DNA of 64,000 nt, taken from contig JAQUAW010000001.1 in the NCBI GenBank assembly GCA_028687045.1, positions 2,034 to 66,033 on the forward strand. The letters run 5' to 3'. The stretch is from Patescibacteria group bacterium. Lineage in GTDB: Bacteria; Patescibacteriota; Patescibacteriia; Magasanikbacterales; UBA922. The position numbers were made by a program, and so were the translations under genes. Positions 51,823 to 61,852 of the stretch are shown piece after piece. Under the pieces are notes generated by a model. That model saw only the letters and a list, made by a program, of their open reading frames with translations, searched no databases and had not been told where the DNA came from. The number at the start of each line of letters is the position of its first letter. Position 1 is the stretch's first letter.

Positions 51823-52359
51823 TTAACGAATTAAATTCTCAGCGTAATCTACAGTAGAATGAAGCAATTGCAAAGCCTTTGGCAAAAGTGGAATAAAGAT
51901 AGAGGCAATATCACTCAAAATTGGAGCGATTATTGAATTTGCCAAACTTGTCATTATTTTTTCAGAAAGCGGAATTCTTTCAATAAAATATACAAACAAG
52001 CCAAGACTTAGAATACCTTCAATAATACCCAAACCTAAACCAAACAAACGATTGAAAGTTTTGACAAAAGGAACGATAGAAACTATCTTAAAAATTCTAT
52101 CAATAAACCAAAACAAAACACCAACCAAACTAGTAATAATAAAAAAAGCCAAAACAAACATCAAAACCTTACTAGTATTTACTCCCCAACCTGTTACAGA
52201 AATAAGCCAATTAGCCAAATCCTGATAATATCTACCGGCCAAATAAACACCTAAGAAAGTACCAATGAGTGATCCAAATGCACGGACAAATCCAGACCAA
52301 AAACCATAAATACCAAAACTACCTATAATTATAAGAAAAATGATATCAGTGACATTCAT
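51823..52359 (-). CDS. cvpA: CvpA family protein
   Basis: D....I....GFWSGFV, NRLFGLGLG. Confidence 0.85.
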   Translation of the reverse strand: MNVTDIIFLIIIGSFGIYGFWSGFVRAFGSLIGTFLGVYLAGRYYQDLANWLISVTGWGVNTSKVLMFVLAFFIITSLVGVLFWFIDRIFKIVSIVPFVKTFNRLFGLGLGIIEGILSLGLFVYFIERIPLSEKIMTSLANSIIAPILSDIASIFIPLLPKALQLLHSTVDYAENLIR

Positions 52360-52415
52360 ACATATATAATAAAAATTATGCTTATATTTTACTATAAAAA
52401 AAATAAAAAGTAAAT

Positions 52416-52603
52416 AAAAAAGCCCAATATTGGGCAATTATTTTTGTGGTTTGTGAGGAGAACGGTGGGACTCACGTTTGTCTGTCGACTACGGGTATTG
52501 ACGCGAAGGAGGCACGTCAGCACCGCACGTAGAGCAAACTACCAGTCCATCTAGGGAGCAAACTCCCCAGACTATGGCCGCGAGCACTCCACCGTTCCCC
52601 TCA
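52416..52603 (-). ncRNA. stand-alone structured RNA of about 150-185 nt, class unassigned (6S RNA possible)
   Basis: Closing stem GAGGGGAACGGTGG/CCACCGTTCTCCTC, internal hairpins, promoter TTGACA-17-TAGTTT (52637-52609), terminator GCCCA-ATAT-TGGGC-TTTTT. Confidence 0.65.
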
Positions 52604-52662
52604 ACCACAAACTACGATATTTTAGTTAATTTGTCAATAGTTAGTTATAAAAGCAGTTCAAT

Positions 52663-54183
52663 CTATTTCTCTAATCTTACAAACAAAATATCTGCTTTTT
52701 TGATTTTTTTTCCTTCTTGCAATAAACCCCATTTTTTTTCTTCAGCAAAATTGTCTGAAACTTCCAAATTCAATTGAGACAAAATCTTTTCTGCAGTTCC
52801 AGGAATAATTGGTACCAGTGATAAAGCCAAATGTCGTAGACCTTCTACCAATTGATACAATAAAACAGAGATATTTTCACCAGTCTTCACTTTTTCCCAA
52901 GGTTTTTCTTCAGAAATTTTCAAATCTATCTTAGAAACCAAGGAATTGATATTTTTTATTACTTCTTCAAAATCAAATTTAGCAAAAGCACTTTCATAAT
53001 CTAACCAAAATTTTTCTGTTCCAAAAATATCTGTTGCAAGGGCTGGTACCTTATTTTCTTGATATTTTTCAATCATAGTCAAAATACGAGAAGTAAGATT
53101 ACCAATACCATTTACTAGATGAGCGGTGTAGAAATTTTCAAAACGTGATACTGAAAAATCACCATCTTTAGTTGAAGAAACTGCTCCAAGCAAATAATAA
53201 CGTACAGCATCTGTTCCATATTTAGTAACAACATCTTCTGGATTCACGACATTTCCTAGAGATTTACTCATCTTCTCTCCTTCAGTTGTCAAATAACCAT
53301 GTATAAATTCTGTTGTTGGCAAATCCAAACCTGCAGAAATAAGCATAGCCGGCCAGTAAAGAACATGAAATTTGCCAATACCTTTGCCAATTACATGCAC
53401 TACTTCCCTATTTTCTTGATCATTTTGTTCCCAATATTTTGCAAACAAACTTTCATCACTACTACCAAAATTTAAACCTGTTATATAATTTGACAAAGCA
53501 TCCACCCAAACATACATAATTTGACTTTCATCACCTGGAACTTTTACCCCCCAATTGTGAGCACGCTCTGCACTACGAGAAATACTAAAATCTTCCAATC
53601 CTCTATCTATAAAAGCAAGCCACTCATTTTTACGAAATTCTGGAGTAATATTTATAATGTTTTTTTCTAACAATTCTTTCAATTTTTCTTGGTAATTGGA
53701 AAGTTTGAAAAACCAATTTTCTTCTTCAACCACTTCCGGTACAGTCTTATGTTCCAAACATTTACCATCCTCGAGTTCTTCTTCTTTATAAAAAGCTTCA
53801 CAACCAACGCAATACAAACCTTTGTATTTTCTTTTTTCTAAATCTTCTTTCTTGAAATTATTCCACAATTTTTGGGCACCTTTCATATGTCTATCTTCTG
53901 TAGTACGAATGAAGCCATCAAAAGAAATATTCAAAATATTTTTGAAATTATAAAATTCTTTGTAGTATTCATCAACAAATTCTTGAACACCCTTGCCAGC
54001 TTTTTCAGCTGCTTGTACATTTTTGAGAGAGTTTTCATCAGTACCGGACAAAAAGAAAACATCTTTACCCACAAGTCTATGATAACGAGCTATTGCATCT
54101 GTTTGAATATATTCAAGAGCATGTCCAATATGAGGTTTGCCATTGATATAAGGAATAGCGGTTGAAATATAATACTTATTCAT
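52663..54183 (-). CDS. metG: methionine--tRNA ligase
   Basis: PYING.PHIGH, GTDE, KMSKSLGN. Confidence 0.97.
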   Translation of the reverse strand: MNKYYISTAIPYINGKPHIGHALEYIQTDAIARYHRLVGKDVFFLSGTDENSLKNVQAAEKAGKGVQEFVDEYYKEFYNFKNILNISFDGFIRTTEDRHMKGAQKLWNNFKKEDLEKRKYKGLYCVGCEAFYKEEELEDGKCLEHKTVPEVVEEENWFFKLSNYQEKLKELLEKNIINITPEFRKNEWLAFIDRGLEDFSISRSAERAHNWGVKVPGDESQIMYVWVDALSNYITGLNFGSSDESLFAKYWEQNDQENREVVHVIGKGIGKFHVLYWPAMLISAGLDLPTTEFIHGYLTTEGEKMSKSLGNVVNPEDVVTKYGTDAVRYYLLGAVSSTKDGDFSVSRFENFYTAHLVNGIGNLTSRILTMIEKYQENKVPALATDIFGTEKFWLDYESAFAKFDFEEVIKNINSLVSKIDLKISEEKPWEKVKTGENISVLLYQLVEGLRHLALSLVPIIPGTAEKILSQLNLEVSDNFAEEKKWGLLQEGKKIKKADILFVRLEK

Positions 54184-54298
54184 ATTTATTTTTTGGATTA
54201 TTAGAATAACATAAAAAATATTTGTGTCTATTCGTTAGTATTTGTGTTATTCTTAAACTTTTTTAATTCACAAAACGTAAAATTTAAAATTCACTTTT

Positions 54299-54979
54299 TT
54301 ATTTAGAAATGATAACAACGAATTCTCCTTTATCCTTCACCTGCATATCACCAAGTCCACCTACTGTCCCACGATAAATCGTTTCAAATTTTTTGGTAAG
54401 TTCCCGACAAATGCAAATCTTAGTTTCTGGATTCAAAAACTCTTGCATACTTGCCACGGCTTTGAGAATTCTGTGATTTGATTCATAAAAACAAACTGTC
54501 TGTTCAATATTTGCTAAATTTTTAAAATAAGTTTGTCTACCATTTTTTTGTGGAGGAAAACCAAGGAAAACAAATTTGTCAGTAGGAAATCCAGAAATAG
54601 AAAGTGCTGTCACTACAGCAGAAACACCAGGAATTGGAATAATAGTTAATTGGTTACTTAGTTTATTAGTTAATTCACTAATTAAAAGATTACCTGGATC
54701 ACTTATACCCGGTGTTCCTGCATCAGTAACTAATGCTAAATTTTTACCTTCTTCAAGCAATTCTTTTATTTCAGAAACTTTTCTTTCGTCACTATGTTGG
54801 TGATAACTAATTGTCTTAGTGGTGATTTCATAATGATTCAACAATTTTTGAGTGACTCTAGTATCTTCACACAAAACAAAATCAACGCTTTTCAAAGTTT
54901 CCAAAGCGCGCAAAGTAATATCACCTAAGTTTCCAATCGGTGTAGCGACAATATATAATTTTCCAAAATCAGTCGTCAT
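54299..54979 (-). CDS. rsmI: 16S rRNA C1402 2'-O-methyltransferase
   Basis: LYIVATPIGNL, CEDTR, DAGTPGISDPG, RELTK. Confidence 0.96.
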   Translation of the reverse strand: MTTDFGKLYIVATPIGNLGDITLRALETLKSVDFVLCEDTRVTQKLLNHYEITTKTISYHQHSDERKVSEIKELLEEGKNLALVTDAGTPGISDPGNLLISELTNKLSNQLTIIPIPGVSAVVTALSISGFPTDKFVFLGFPPQKNGRQTYFKNLANIEQTVCFYESNHRILKAVASMQEFLNPETKICICRELTKKFETIYRGTVGGLGDMQVKDKGEFVVIISK

Positions 54980-55041
54980 AATCCTTATTTCTTAATTCTT
55001 AGTTCTTATATAATAACAAATCTAGCCAAAAAATCAAACTA

Positions 55042-55232
55042 TTGACAAAAAAACGAATTTAAAGTAGATTGACTAATCAATTTTGACTAAACAAGGTCAA
55101 ATTTTGTCTACCAAAGATGCTGTCAAACTATTTAACATTATCTTTGGCAGACCAAAAGTCTGCAAACAGACCTGAGAAGGAACGAGCTGGAAGTACCAGA
55201 ACGTCTCTTCTCACCTGCACCTTGGGAGAGGT
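55042..55232 (+). promoter_or_regulatory. promoter plus multi-hairpin 5' leader
   Basis: TTGACA-17-TAGATT, then five successive hairpins; the last (CACCT-TGGGAG-AGGTG) covers the RBS/start region. Confidence 0.55.
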
Positions 55233-55460
55233 GTGGAAATAAGACGAACAAAGGCCGACACCTACATCAGTGTAGGTTCGGCCATCGGCGCTATAGCGGG
55301 CGCCGTCTTCGGCCTCGAGGCCGGAGGAAACATGGGTGCAGGAATCTTCTGCACCGTGGTCGGCTCCGCACTTGGAGTCGTCCTTGGACTGGTCGCTATG
55401 CCAGTCCTAAAACTAACCGCTGCGGCGTTTGTCAGATCTGACAAACGCCGCGATCTCTAA
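55233..55460 (+). CDS. small glycine-zipper membrane protein
   Basis: GSAIGAIAGAVFG / GSALGVVLG; GC-rich; followed by hairpin 55463-55499. Confidence 0.6.
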   Translation: MEIRRTKADTYISVGSAIGAIAGAVFGLEAGGNMGAGIFCTVVGSALGVVLGLVAMPVLKLTAAAFVRSDKRRDL

Positions 55461-55585
55461 CAGCCGTGGGCAGAAGCTAAAAACTTCTTTGCCCACGGCC
55501 ATCCAATCTTGCCAAAACAAGATTTTTTTTATTTTTTATGCTATAATATGAAAACTAAATAGAAATTAATGTCTAAAATAAAAAT

Positions 55586-56989
55586 ATGAAAAAACCTGTA
55601 GTTTATATAGCTCTACTGAGCTTATTACTTCCCCAAATTTCTTTAGCAACTGAATTCAACCCTAATTTTATTATTACTGATGAAGCTTTGCAAAACAAAG
55701 ATACCATGACAGTCTCTGATATTCAGATTTTTTTGGAAGAAAAAAATAGTGCTTTAGCTGACTTCATTACTGAATACCAAGATGGATCAAGACAAAAAGC
55801 TTCTAGCATCATCTATAATTCAGCTCAAAAATATAATATCAATCCCAAATATTTACTTGTAAAACTACAAAAAGAACAAAGTCTAATTACCGAAAAAAAT
55901 CCTAGCCAAAAACAATTAGATTGGGCTACAGGCTACGCTGTATGCGACAGTTGTAGTAAAGATGATCCAAGTATTCAAGAATACAAAGGTTTTGCCAAAC
56001 AAGTAGACAAAGCTGCGGATGTAATGCGTGGTTATTATGAAAAAGTAAGTTCTCAAGCTTGGATAAAAAGAGCTGGACAAACTTATAATATAGACGGACA
56101 AGATATTACACCAGCCACCAATGCTACAGCGTTTCTTTATACCTATACTCCACATTTGCATGGCAACCAAAATTTTTGGACAATCTGGCAATCTTGGTTT
56201 GAACAAAGCTATCCAGATGGTACCTTAGCCAAAACATCTACTGATACTACAGTATATTTGATTCAAAATGGCAAAAAAAGAAAAATATCTAATATGACTT
56301 CTTTGATTACCCGCTTTGATCCAAAACTTATAATTACCATAACAAAATCAGAACTAGACAAATTAGAAGAAGGAATAGAAATCAAATTACCAAACTATGC
56401 TATTGTTAGTTCCCCTTCTGGTTATTACTTGCTTGATTATGATTACAAAAGAAAATTTGATAGTTATGATGTTGTCAGAGCTATAGGTTACAATCCTGCC
56501 GAAATTATGGAAGTCACAGATACTGAATTATCTGAATATTTACCTGGCAAAAATATTAGTGCCGATGTAAAAGATTTAACAGGTCGTCTAGTGCAATTGA
56601 AAGGAACCAACAATTTTTATTATATAAAAGATGACACTTATGCTCCAATACTTGATAAAAAAATAATACAATTGAACTTCCCAAATTTAACTATTGATAA
56701 AGTAGACAATAGTGCTTTCAACAACTTAAACAAAACAGAACCACTATTACCAAAAAATGGTACTATCATTGGTGTAGAAGGTGAAGCTACTATCTATGTT
56801 ATGGAAAATGGTAAAAAAAGACATATCAACAATGAAGAGACTTTCTTACAATATGGCTATAATTGGAAAAATGTTGTCTGGATAAATTTTGGAGCAGCCC
56901 TAATCATTCCAGAAGGTCAGCCCTTGCAATTAATCGAACAACTTGATAATTTAGATGTAGTCACAACTTCGGACGTATCAAGTCTTTAA
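55586..56989 (+). CDS. secreted protein, possible lysozyme-like N-terminal domain plus repeated surface domains
   Basis: Signal peptide, INPKYLLVKLQKEQSL, ATAFLYTYTPH, repeats GTL.K...VYLIQNGKKR. Confidence 0.75.
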   Translation: MKKPVVYIALLSLLLPQISLATEFNPNFIITDEALQNKDTMTVSDIQIFLEEKNSALADFITEYQDGSRQKASSIIYNSAQKYNINPKYLLVKLQKEQSLITEKNPSQKQLDWATGYAVCDSCSKDDPSIQEYKGFAKQVDKAADVMRGYYEKVSSQAWIKRAGQTYNIDGQDITPATNATAFLYTYTPHLHGNQNFWTIWQSWFEQSYPDGTLAKTSTDTTVYLIQNGKKRKISNMTSLITRFDPKLIITITKSELDKLEEGIEIKLPNYAIVSSPSGYYLLDYDYKRKFDSYDVVRAIGYNPAEIMEVTDTELSEYLPGKNISADVKDLTGRLVQLKGTNNFYYIKDDTYAPILDKKIIQLNFPNLTIDKVDNSAFNNLNKTEPLLPKNGTIIGVEGEATIYVMENGKKRHINNEETFLQYGYNWKNVVWINFGAALIIPEGQPLQLIEQLDNLDVVTTSDVSSL

Positions 56990-56999
56990 ATTATAATTT

Positions 57000-57791
57000 A
57001 TGCCCATAGTATTTGCAGCTATCACACCTCATCCACCTATTATTATAGATGGCATAGGAAAAAACAAAAAAGAACTAGTAAACAAAACAATAACAGCTTT
57101 TGAAAAACTTGAACAAAATCTATATACTAGTAAACCAGATGTTATTGTTATAATTTCTCCACATGGTGATATTTTTGAAAATACTTTTGCAGTAAACCTG
57201 TCTGAAAATTTTGTTTCTCATTATGAAAAATTTGGTGATTTTGCTACCCAAGAATCATGGACAGGTGAAATAATGTTGGGACATATTATCAAAGAAAAAT
57301 CTTACGAAAAAAATTTACCAGTACAACTAATCACCGAAGCAAAACTAGATCATGGTTCATCAATACCACTTTCAAAATTAACAAAACACTTCCAAAATAT
57401 AAAAATATTACCAATTGGCAATACTCAACTAGATCCAAAAACACAATTAGAATTTGGACAACTTTTATACGAAATATTTTCAGAATCAGAAAAACGAATA
57501 GCTATTATCGCCTCAGCTGATTTGTCACATGCTTTAAATAGTGATTCTCCGGCAGGCTTTCACAAAGATGGTGAAGAATTTGATAAAAAAATTATTGAAT
57601 TACTAGAATCTCATAATACAGCTGGTATCGTCAACTTAGATCCAGAACTTGTAAAGAATGCTTCTCAGTGTGGCTACAACTCAATAATTACAATACTTGG
57701 ATGTCTAAGAAACATCAACTATTCTTTCAAAAATATTTGCTATGAAACTAGTGTAGGTATTGGCTATCTAACTGGAGAATTTGTCTTTTAA
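57000..57791 (+). CDS. LigB/MEMO-family protein (AmmeMemoRadiSam protein B-like)
   Basis: PHPP, ISPH, LDHG..IPL, ASADLSH. Confidence 0.85.
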   Translation: MPIVFAAITPHPPIIIDGIGKNKKELVNKTITAFEKLEQNLYTSKPDVIVIISPHGDIFENTFAVNLSENFVSHYEKFGDFATQESWTGEIMLGHIIKEKSYEKNLPVQLITEAKLDHGSSIPLSKLTKHFQNIKILPIGNTQLDPKTQLEFGQLLYEIFSESEKRIAIIASADLSHALNSDSPAGFHKDGEEFDKKIIELLESHNTAGIVNLDPELVKNASQCGYNSIITILGCLRNINYSFKNICYETSVGIGYLTGEFVF

Positions 57792-57811
57792 AAACCAAAT
57801 ATTTTAATTTT

Positions 57812-59680
57812 GTGATTGCCAAAATCATTCCACTTACAAGACTACCTAGGGCTTTTTCTTTTTTTGATTATACCATACCTGAAAATTTGGAAAAATCACT
57901 AAAAACAGGTCAATTGGTAGAAATACCTTTCCGCTCCAAAAGTATCTTTGGTATTGTTTATGATATTGAAAAAAATGATAATGAAAAATTAAAAGAACTA
58001 AAAAGTATTGTAAACGAAATAGCTATTTTTAGTAAAAAACAATTGGAGATGTACTTACTTTTGTCTGAAATTTATCTAATATCTCCTTCGGTATTACTAA
58101 AAATGAGTTTGTTGCCACTACAAAAAAGAAAATTACAAAAGATAGCACTGCAAACTTTTACAGAAAAAGCTAAAAAAGAAAATACCCAAAGTTATCATTT
58201 TTATAATTCAAAAGAAGAACATAAAAAAATATATAAAAATATAGAAAATAATAGTTTGCTAATAGTACCAGAAGTTAGACAAATTGAAGAAATAAAAAAA
58301 ATTCTCCCAAAAAAATTACAAGACAAAATAGTCGTCTGGTATTCTGAACTTAGTACCAAACAAAAATTTGAAAATTGGCTACAAATAAAAAATGGTGAAA
58401 AAACAATTATCATAGGTACACGCAATGCTCTATTTTTACCATTCAATAATTTGGACAAAATTATTATTGACTTTGAACATGATGAAAATTTAAAAAGTTG
58501 GGATAGTACACCTAAATTCCAAACCAAAGACATTGTAAAATTTTTACAAAAATTATATTCTTGCGATATTAGCTTTGCTAGTTTTTCACCTAGTTTTGAA
58601 AAGTATTACGAAATAAACAAAGGACAAATTGAATACTCCCAAAAATTGACTAAAGATAAATTACTATTCAAAAATACAAAATCAAATTTACCAACAGTCA
58701 TAAATATTTCAAACAAAAATTTTAGTCAAAATAAAAGTGTTTTTTCACTAGATTTGGAAGAGAGAATAAGAACAGCTACCAAAGATGTCTTCATTTATAT
58801 AAATAGAAAAGGTTTTGCCACAACCACACAATGTCTAAATTGTGGTTATATAGCTCGTGATCCTCAGACAAATCTACCTCTTATTTACGACCAAAGCAAA
58901 AATATTCTCTATTCACCTTACAGCAAATTTAGTCAAAAGTTCTCCCCTACCTGTCCCGAATGCAAAAGTGAATTGATAAAAAACTATGGCTACGGCACAG
59001 AGTTAGTAGAACAAGAAGTAAAAAAAATAATGAACACAGAAAGTTCTCATGATATTATTAAGCTAGACAAAGATAGTAATCAATTAGAAACAACATCTAA
59101 TCAAGCTCGTATTATCATTGGTACAAATGCAGCTATCAAAGCTATCAACTGGGAACAGACTGACTTGATCATTTTTCTCGATATTGATAGACAATTAGCG
59201 ATACCTGAATATTTATCCCAAGAAAACATCTGGCACAATATTCAAGAAATAAATTATTATCGAAATGAACAAAGCAAATTTTATATTCAAACTAATAATC
59301 CAGAACATACTATTTTCAAATCACTAGGCGAAAAAGACAGAATATATAGGACAGAACTAAACACTCGACAAAAACTAGGTTTATTTCCTTACCAATATGT
59401 AGTAAAATATTACTGTGGAACTGATAGTGAAAACAAAAGCAAGAACCTATCAGAACAAACTGCCAAAAATGTTATGACAGCATTGACAAAACTAGCCAAA
59501 AATGCTACAATACTCGGCCCTTACGAAATGCAACCAAAATATTTTCGTAAGCAATATTGGTATGGTTTCGCTCTAAAAATTGCTGATAAAAACTCATTAT
59601 CAGTAATCAGGCAAATCAATCAATATATTCCTGGCAACTTCAAAATAGATCCTAATCCTATTTCGTTGCTTTCTCCTTAA
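57812..59680 (+). CDS. priA: primosomal protein N' (degenerate helicase motifs)
   Basis: FDY.IP, VEIPFR, GTRNALFLP, INRKGF, CxxC..CxxC, GYGTE; adjacent to def-fmt. Confidence 0.85.
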   Translation: MIAKIIPLTRLPRAFSFFDYTIPENLEKSLKTGQLVEIPFRSKSIFGIVYDIEKNDNEKLKELKSIVNEIAIFSKKQLEMYLLLSEIYLISPSVLLKMSLLPLQKRKLQKIALQTFTEKAKKENTQSYHFYNSKEEHKKIYKNIENNSLLIVPEVRQIEEIKKILPKKLQDKIVVWYSELSTKQKFENWLQIKNGEKTIIIGTRNALFLPFNNLDKIIIDFEHDENLKSWDSTPKFQTKDIVKFLQKLYSCDISFASFSPSFEKYYEINKGQIEYSQKLTKDKLLFKNTKSNLPTVINISNKNFSQNKSVFSLDLEERIRTATKDVFIYINRKGFATTTQCLNCGYIARDPQTNLPLIYDQSKNILYSPYSKFSQKFSPTCPECKSELIKNYGYGTELVEQEVKKIMNTESSHDIIKLDKDSNQLETTSNQARIIIGTNAAIKAINWEQTDLIIFLDIDRQLAIPEYLSQENIWHNIQEINYYRNEQSKFYIQTNNPEHTIFKSLGEKDRIYRTELNTRQKLGLFPYQYVVKYYCGTDSENKSKNLSEQTAKNVMTALTKLAKNATILGPYEMQPKYFRKQYWYGFALKIADKNSLSVIRQINQYIPGNFKIDPNPISLLSP

Positions 59681-59755
59681 ACTAGTAAACACAACAGATT
59701 CGGCCTAATAAACCGATAAACTAATAAACTCAATATTTCATGAAGCAACATGCAC

Positions 59756-59791
59756 AGGATCTACAGATCTCTCGCTACGCTTCGAGATTTA
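59756..59791 (-). repeat. single REP-like arm
   Basis: GGATCTACAGATCTCTCGCTACGCTTCGAGATTTA. Confidence 0.75.
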
Positions 59792-59804
59792 TTATAGAAT
59801 TCCT

Positions 59805-60302
59805 ATGACACTAGACATTATCACAATCCCTAATGAGAATCTTAGAAAAAAATCTGTAGAAGTAGATCTTGATTTTGTGCGTGATGAAAATAGTCAAAAA
59901 CTTTTTGACGACATGATAAAAACTATGTATGAAGATGATGGTATTGGCTTGGCAGCACCTCAGATTGGCAAAAATATTCGTGTCTGTGTAATAGGCAGAG
60001 AAGCTCTCAAGATGGACAAACACAATACTCTACCAGTAGAAGATCTAGTACTTATAAATCCAACTTGGCAAAAAATAAACAAAAAAACTCATGTGGAATT
60101 AGAAGGTTGCCTTTCTGTACCAAAAACTTATGGCAAAGTAAAACGCTACAAAAATGTTTATGTAGAAGCACTAAATCGTAAAGGAGAACATATCGAGTTT
60201 GAAGCCAACAACTTTTTTGCTAAGGCTGTCCAACATGAAGTAGATCATCTTAATGGCGTTTTGTTTATTGACAAAGCGACTGGGATTTACGAGATAGAGT
60301 AA
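59805..60302 (+). CDS. def: peptide deformylase
   Basis: GIGLAAPQIG, EGCLS, QHEVDHL. Confidence 0.97.
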   Translation: MTLDIITIPNENLRKKSVEVDLDFVRDENSQKLFDDMIKTMYEDDGIGLAAPQIGKNIRVCVIGREALKMDKHNTLPVEDLVLINPTWQKINKKTHVELEGCLSVPKTYGKVKRYKNVYVEALNRKGEHIEFEANNFFAKAVQHEVDHLNGVLFIDKATGIYEIE

Positions 60303-60438
60303 TTAAATATACTAATATACAAATTATACGAATGATACTAATAATACAAATACTCAATTAAACAATTATTTAGTAGAAAAAAATTAGTAATATTTGTATC
60401 ATTTGTAACATTAGTATATTGGTATAATATTCATTAGT

Positions 60439-61362
60439 ATGCAAAAAATAAAAATCATTTTCTTTGGAACACACGAATTTGCCAAAACAATTTTACAAGG
60501 ACTTATTGATAGTTCTCTTTTTGAAATAGAAAAAGTCATTACCCAACCAGACAAACCAGTTGGACGTAAACAAATTTTGCAAAAATCCCCTGTTAAAATT
60601 CTAGCCGAAGAATTTGGATTAGAAATTGATCAACCAGAAAGCTTAAAAAACTACGAACTATTGGTTAATGACTCTGAACTATTCATCGTCGCTCAATATG
60701 GTCTACTCATTCCTGAAAACATTTTGAATATTCCAAAATTTGGAACAATAAATACTCACACTTCCCTACTACCAAAATATCGTGGAGCTTCACCTATTCA
60801 ATCAGCAATTTTCAATGGTGAAAAAGAAACAGGTGTCACCATCATGCTAATGGACAGAGGTATGGACTCTGGGCCTATTTTGAGCCAAAAAACAGTACCA
60901 ATACTAGCAGATGAAACTTATATAGATTTAGATGAAAAAATGGCGCAAATCGCCTCACAATTGCTTCTAGATACAATACCAAAGTATATTGACGATGAAA
61001 TAAAGCCACAAACTCAAAATGAAGCTGAAATAACATTTTGTAAAAAATTAGACAGAGATGATGGTAAAATTGATTGGAAAAAATCTACATCAGAAATTTA
61101 CAATCAATATCGTGCTTTCACACCATGGCCAGGTGTCTGGACTACTTGGAATGACAAACGTCTAAAACTTTTGAAAATGTATCCCAGTGATAAAAAAATA
61201 GAAACTGGTAAAGTATCTATAGAAAATGGTAAAATATATATTGGCACTATCGACAGTTCTTTAGAAATACTGGAATTACAATTAGAAGGAAAACCTTCTA
61301 TGATGGTCTCAGTGTTTATAAATGGTTATGGTAAAAATTTTGATAACACTCTCCTAAAATAA
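60439..61362 (+). CDS. fmt: methionyl-tRNA formyltransferase
   Basis: TQPDKP.GR, SLLPKYRGASPI. Confidence 0.96.
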   Translation: MQKIKIIFFGTHEFAKTILQGLIDSSLFEIEKVITQPDKPVGRKQILQKSPVKILAEEFGLEIDQPESLKNYELLVNDSELFIVAQYGLLIPENILNIPKFGTINTHTSLLPKYRGASPIQSAIFNGEKETGVTIMLMDRGMDSGPILSQKTVPILADETYIDLDEKMAQIASQLLLDTIPKYIDDEIKPQTQNEAEITFCKKLDRDDGKIDWKKSTSEIYNQYRAFTPWPGVWTTWNDKRLKLLKMYPSDKKIETGKVSIENGKIYIGTIDSSLEILELQLEGKPSMMVSVFINGYGKNFDNTLLK

Positions 61363-61369
61363 CCAATTT

Positions 61370-61785
61370 TGTCATCCTGAACCGACGAAGTACGGTGAAG
61401 GATCTTTCCTAAAATAATTTTAATTAATAAATAATTTATGGGAGGAAATAATTATTATGTTTATATAATGACAAGTATAAGTGGCGTTTTATATATTGGG
61501 GTTACAAATGATTTAAGACGTCGAGTGATTGAACATAAAAATGAATTAATAGATGGTTTTACAAAAAAATATAAATGTCATAAGTTAGTGTACTACGAAT
61601 ATTTTACTGATATAAATTATGCCATTCGACGTGAAAAAGAATTAAAAGGTTGGAAAAGAATCAAAAAAATAGAATTAATTAAAAAAGATAATTATAATTT
61701 AATTGATTTATTTCCGAAAATTAATTAGTTGGAAGTGTATAAATTTAAAAAAGATTCTTCGTCCTCTACGGGACTCAGAATGACA
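61370..61785 (+). mobile_element. putative autonomous GIY-YIG/REP-like element
   Basis: TGTCATCCTGAACCGACGAAGTACGGTGAAGGATCT - nuclease gene - AGATTCTTCGTCCTCTACGGGACTCAGAATGACA. Confidence 0.75.
61438..61728 (+). CDS. small stand-alone GIY-YIG nuclease
   Basis: YYVYI..LYIGVTNDLRRRVIEH..GFTKKY..LVYYE..AIRREK. Confidence 0.92.
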   Translation: MGGNNYYVYIMTSISGVLYIGVTNDLRRRVIEHKNELIDGFTKKYKCHKLVYYEYFTDINYAIRREKELKGWKRIKKIELIKKDNYNLIDLFPKIN

Positions 61786-61852
61786 GTTAGAAAGATTAGT
61801 TTAATCCGTGTTCCAATCTAAACATTTCAATGTGAAAAATTTTAATAAAGAA

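Noticed and set aside
52574-52777. 67-aa + strand ORF
   Set aside because: Overlaps the ncRNA candidate and the metG 3' end in antisense; no coding signal.
61438-61728. GIY-YIG gene as an intron homing endonuclease or UvrC fragment
   Set aside because: No interrupted host gene, intron structure or additional domains; it is a stand-alone ORF between inverted arms.
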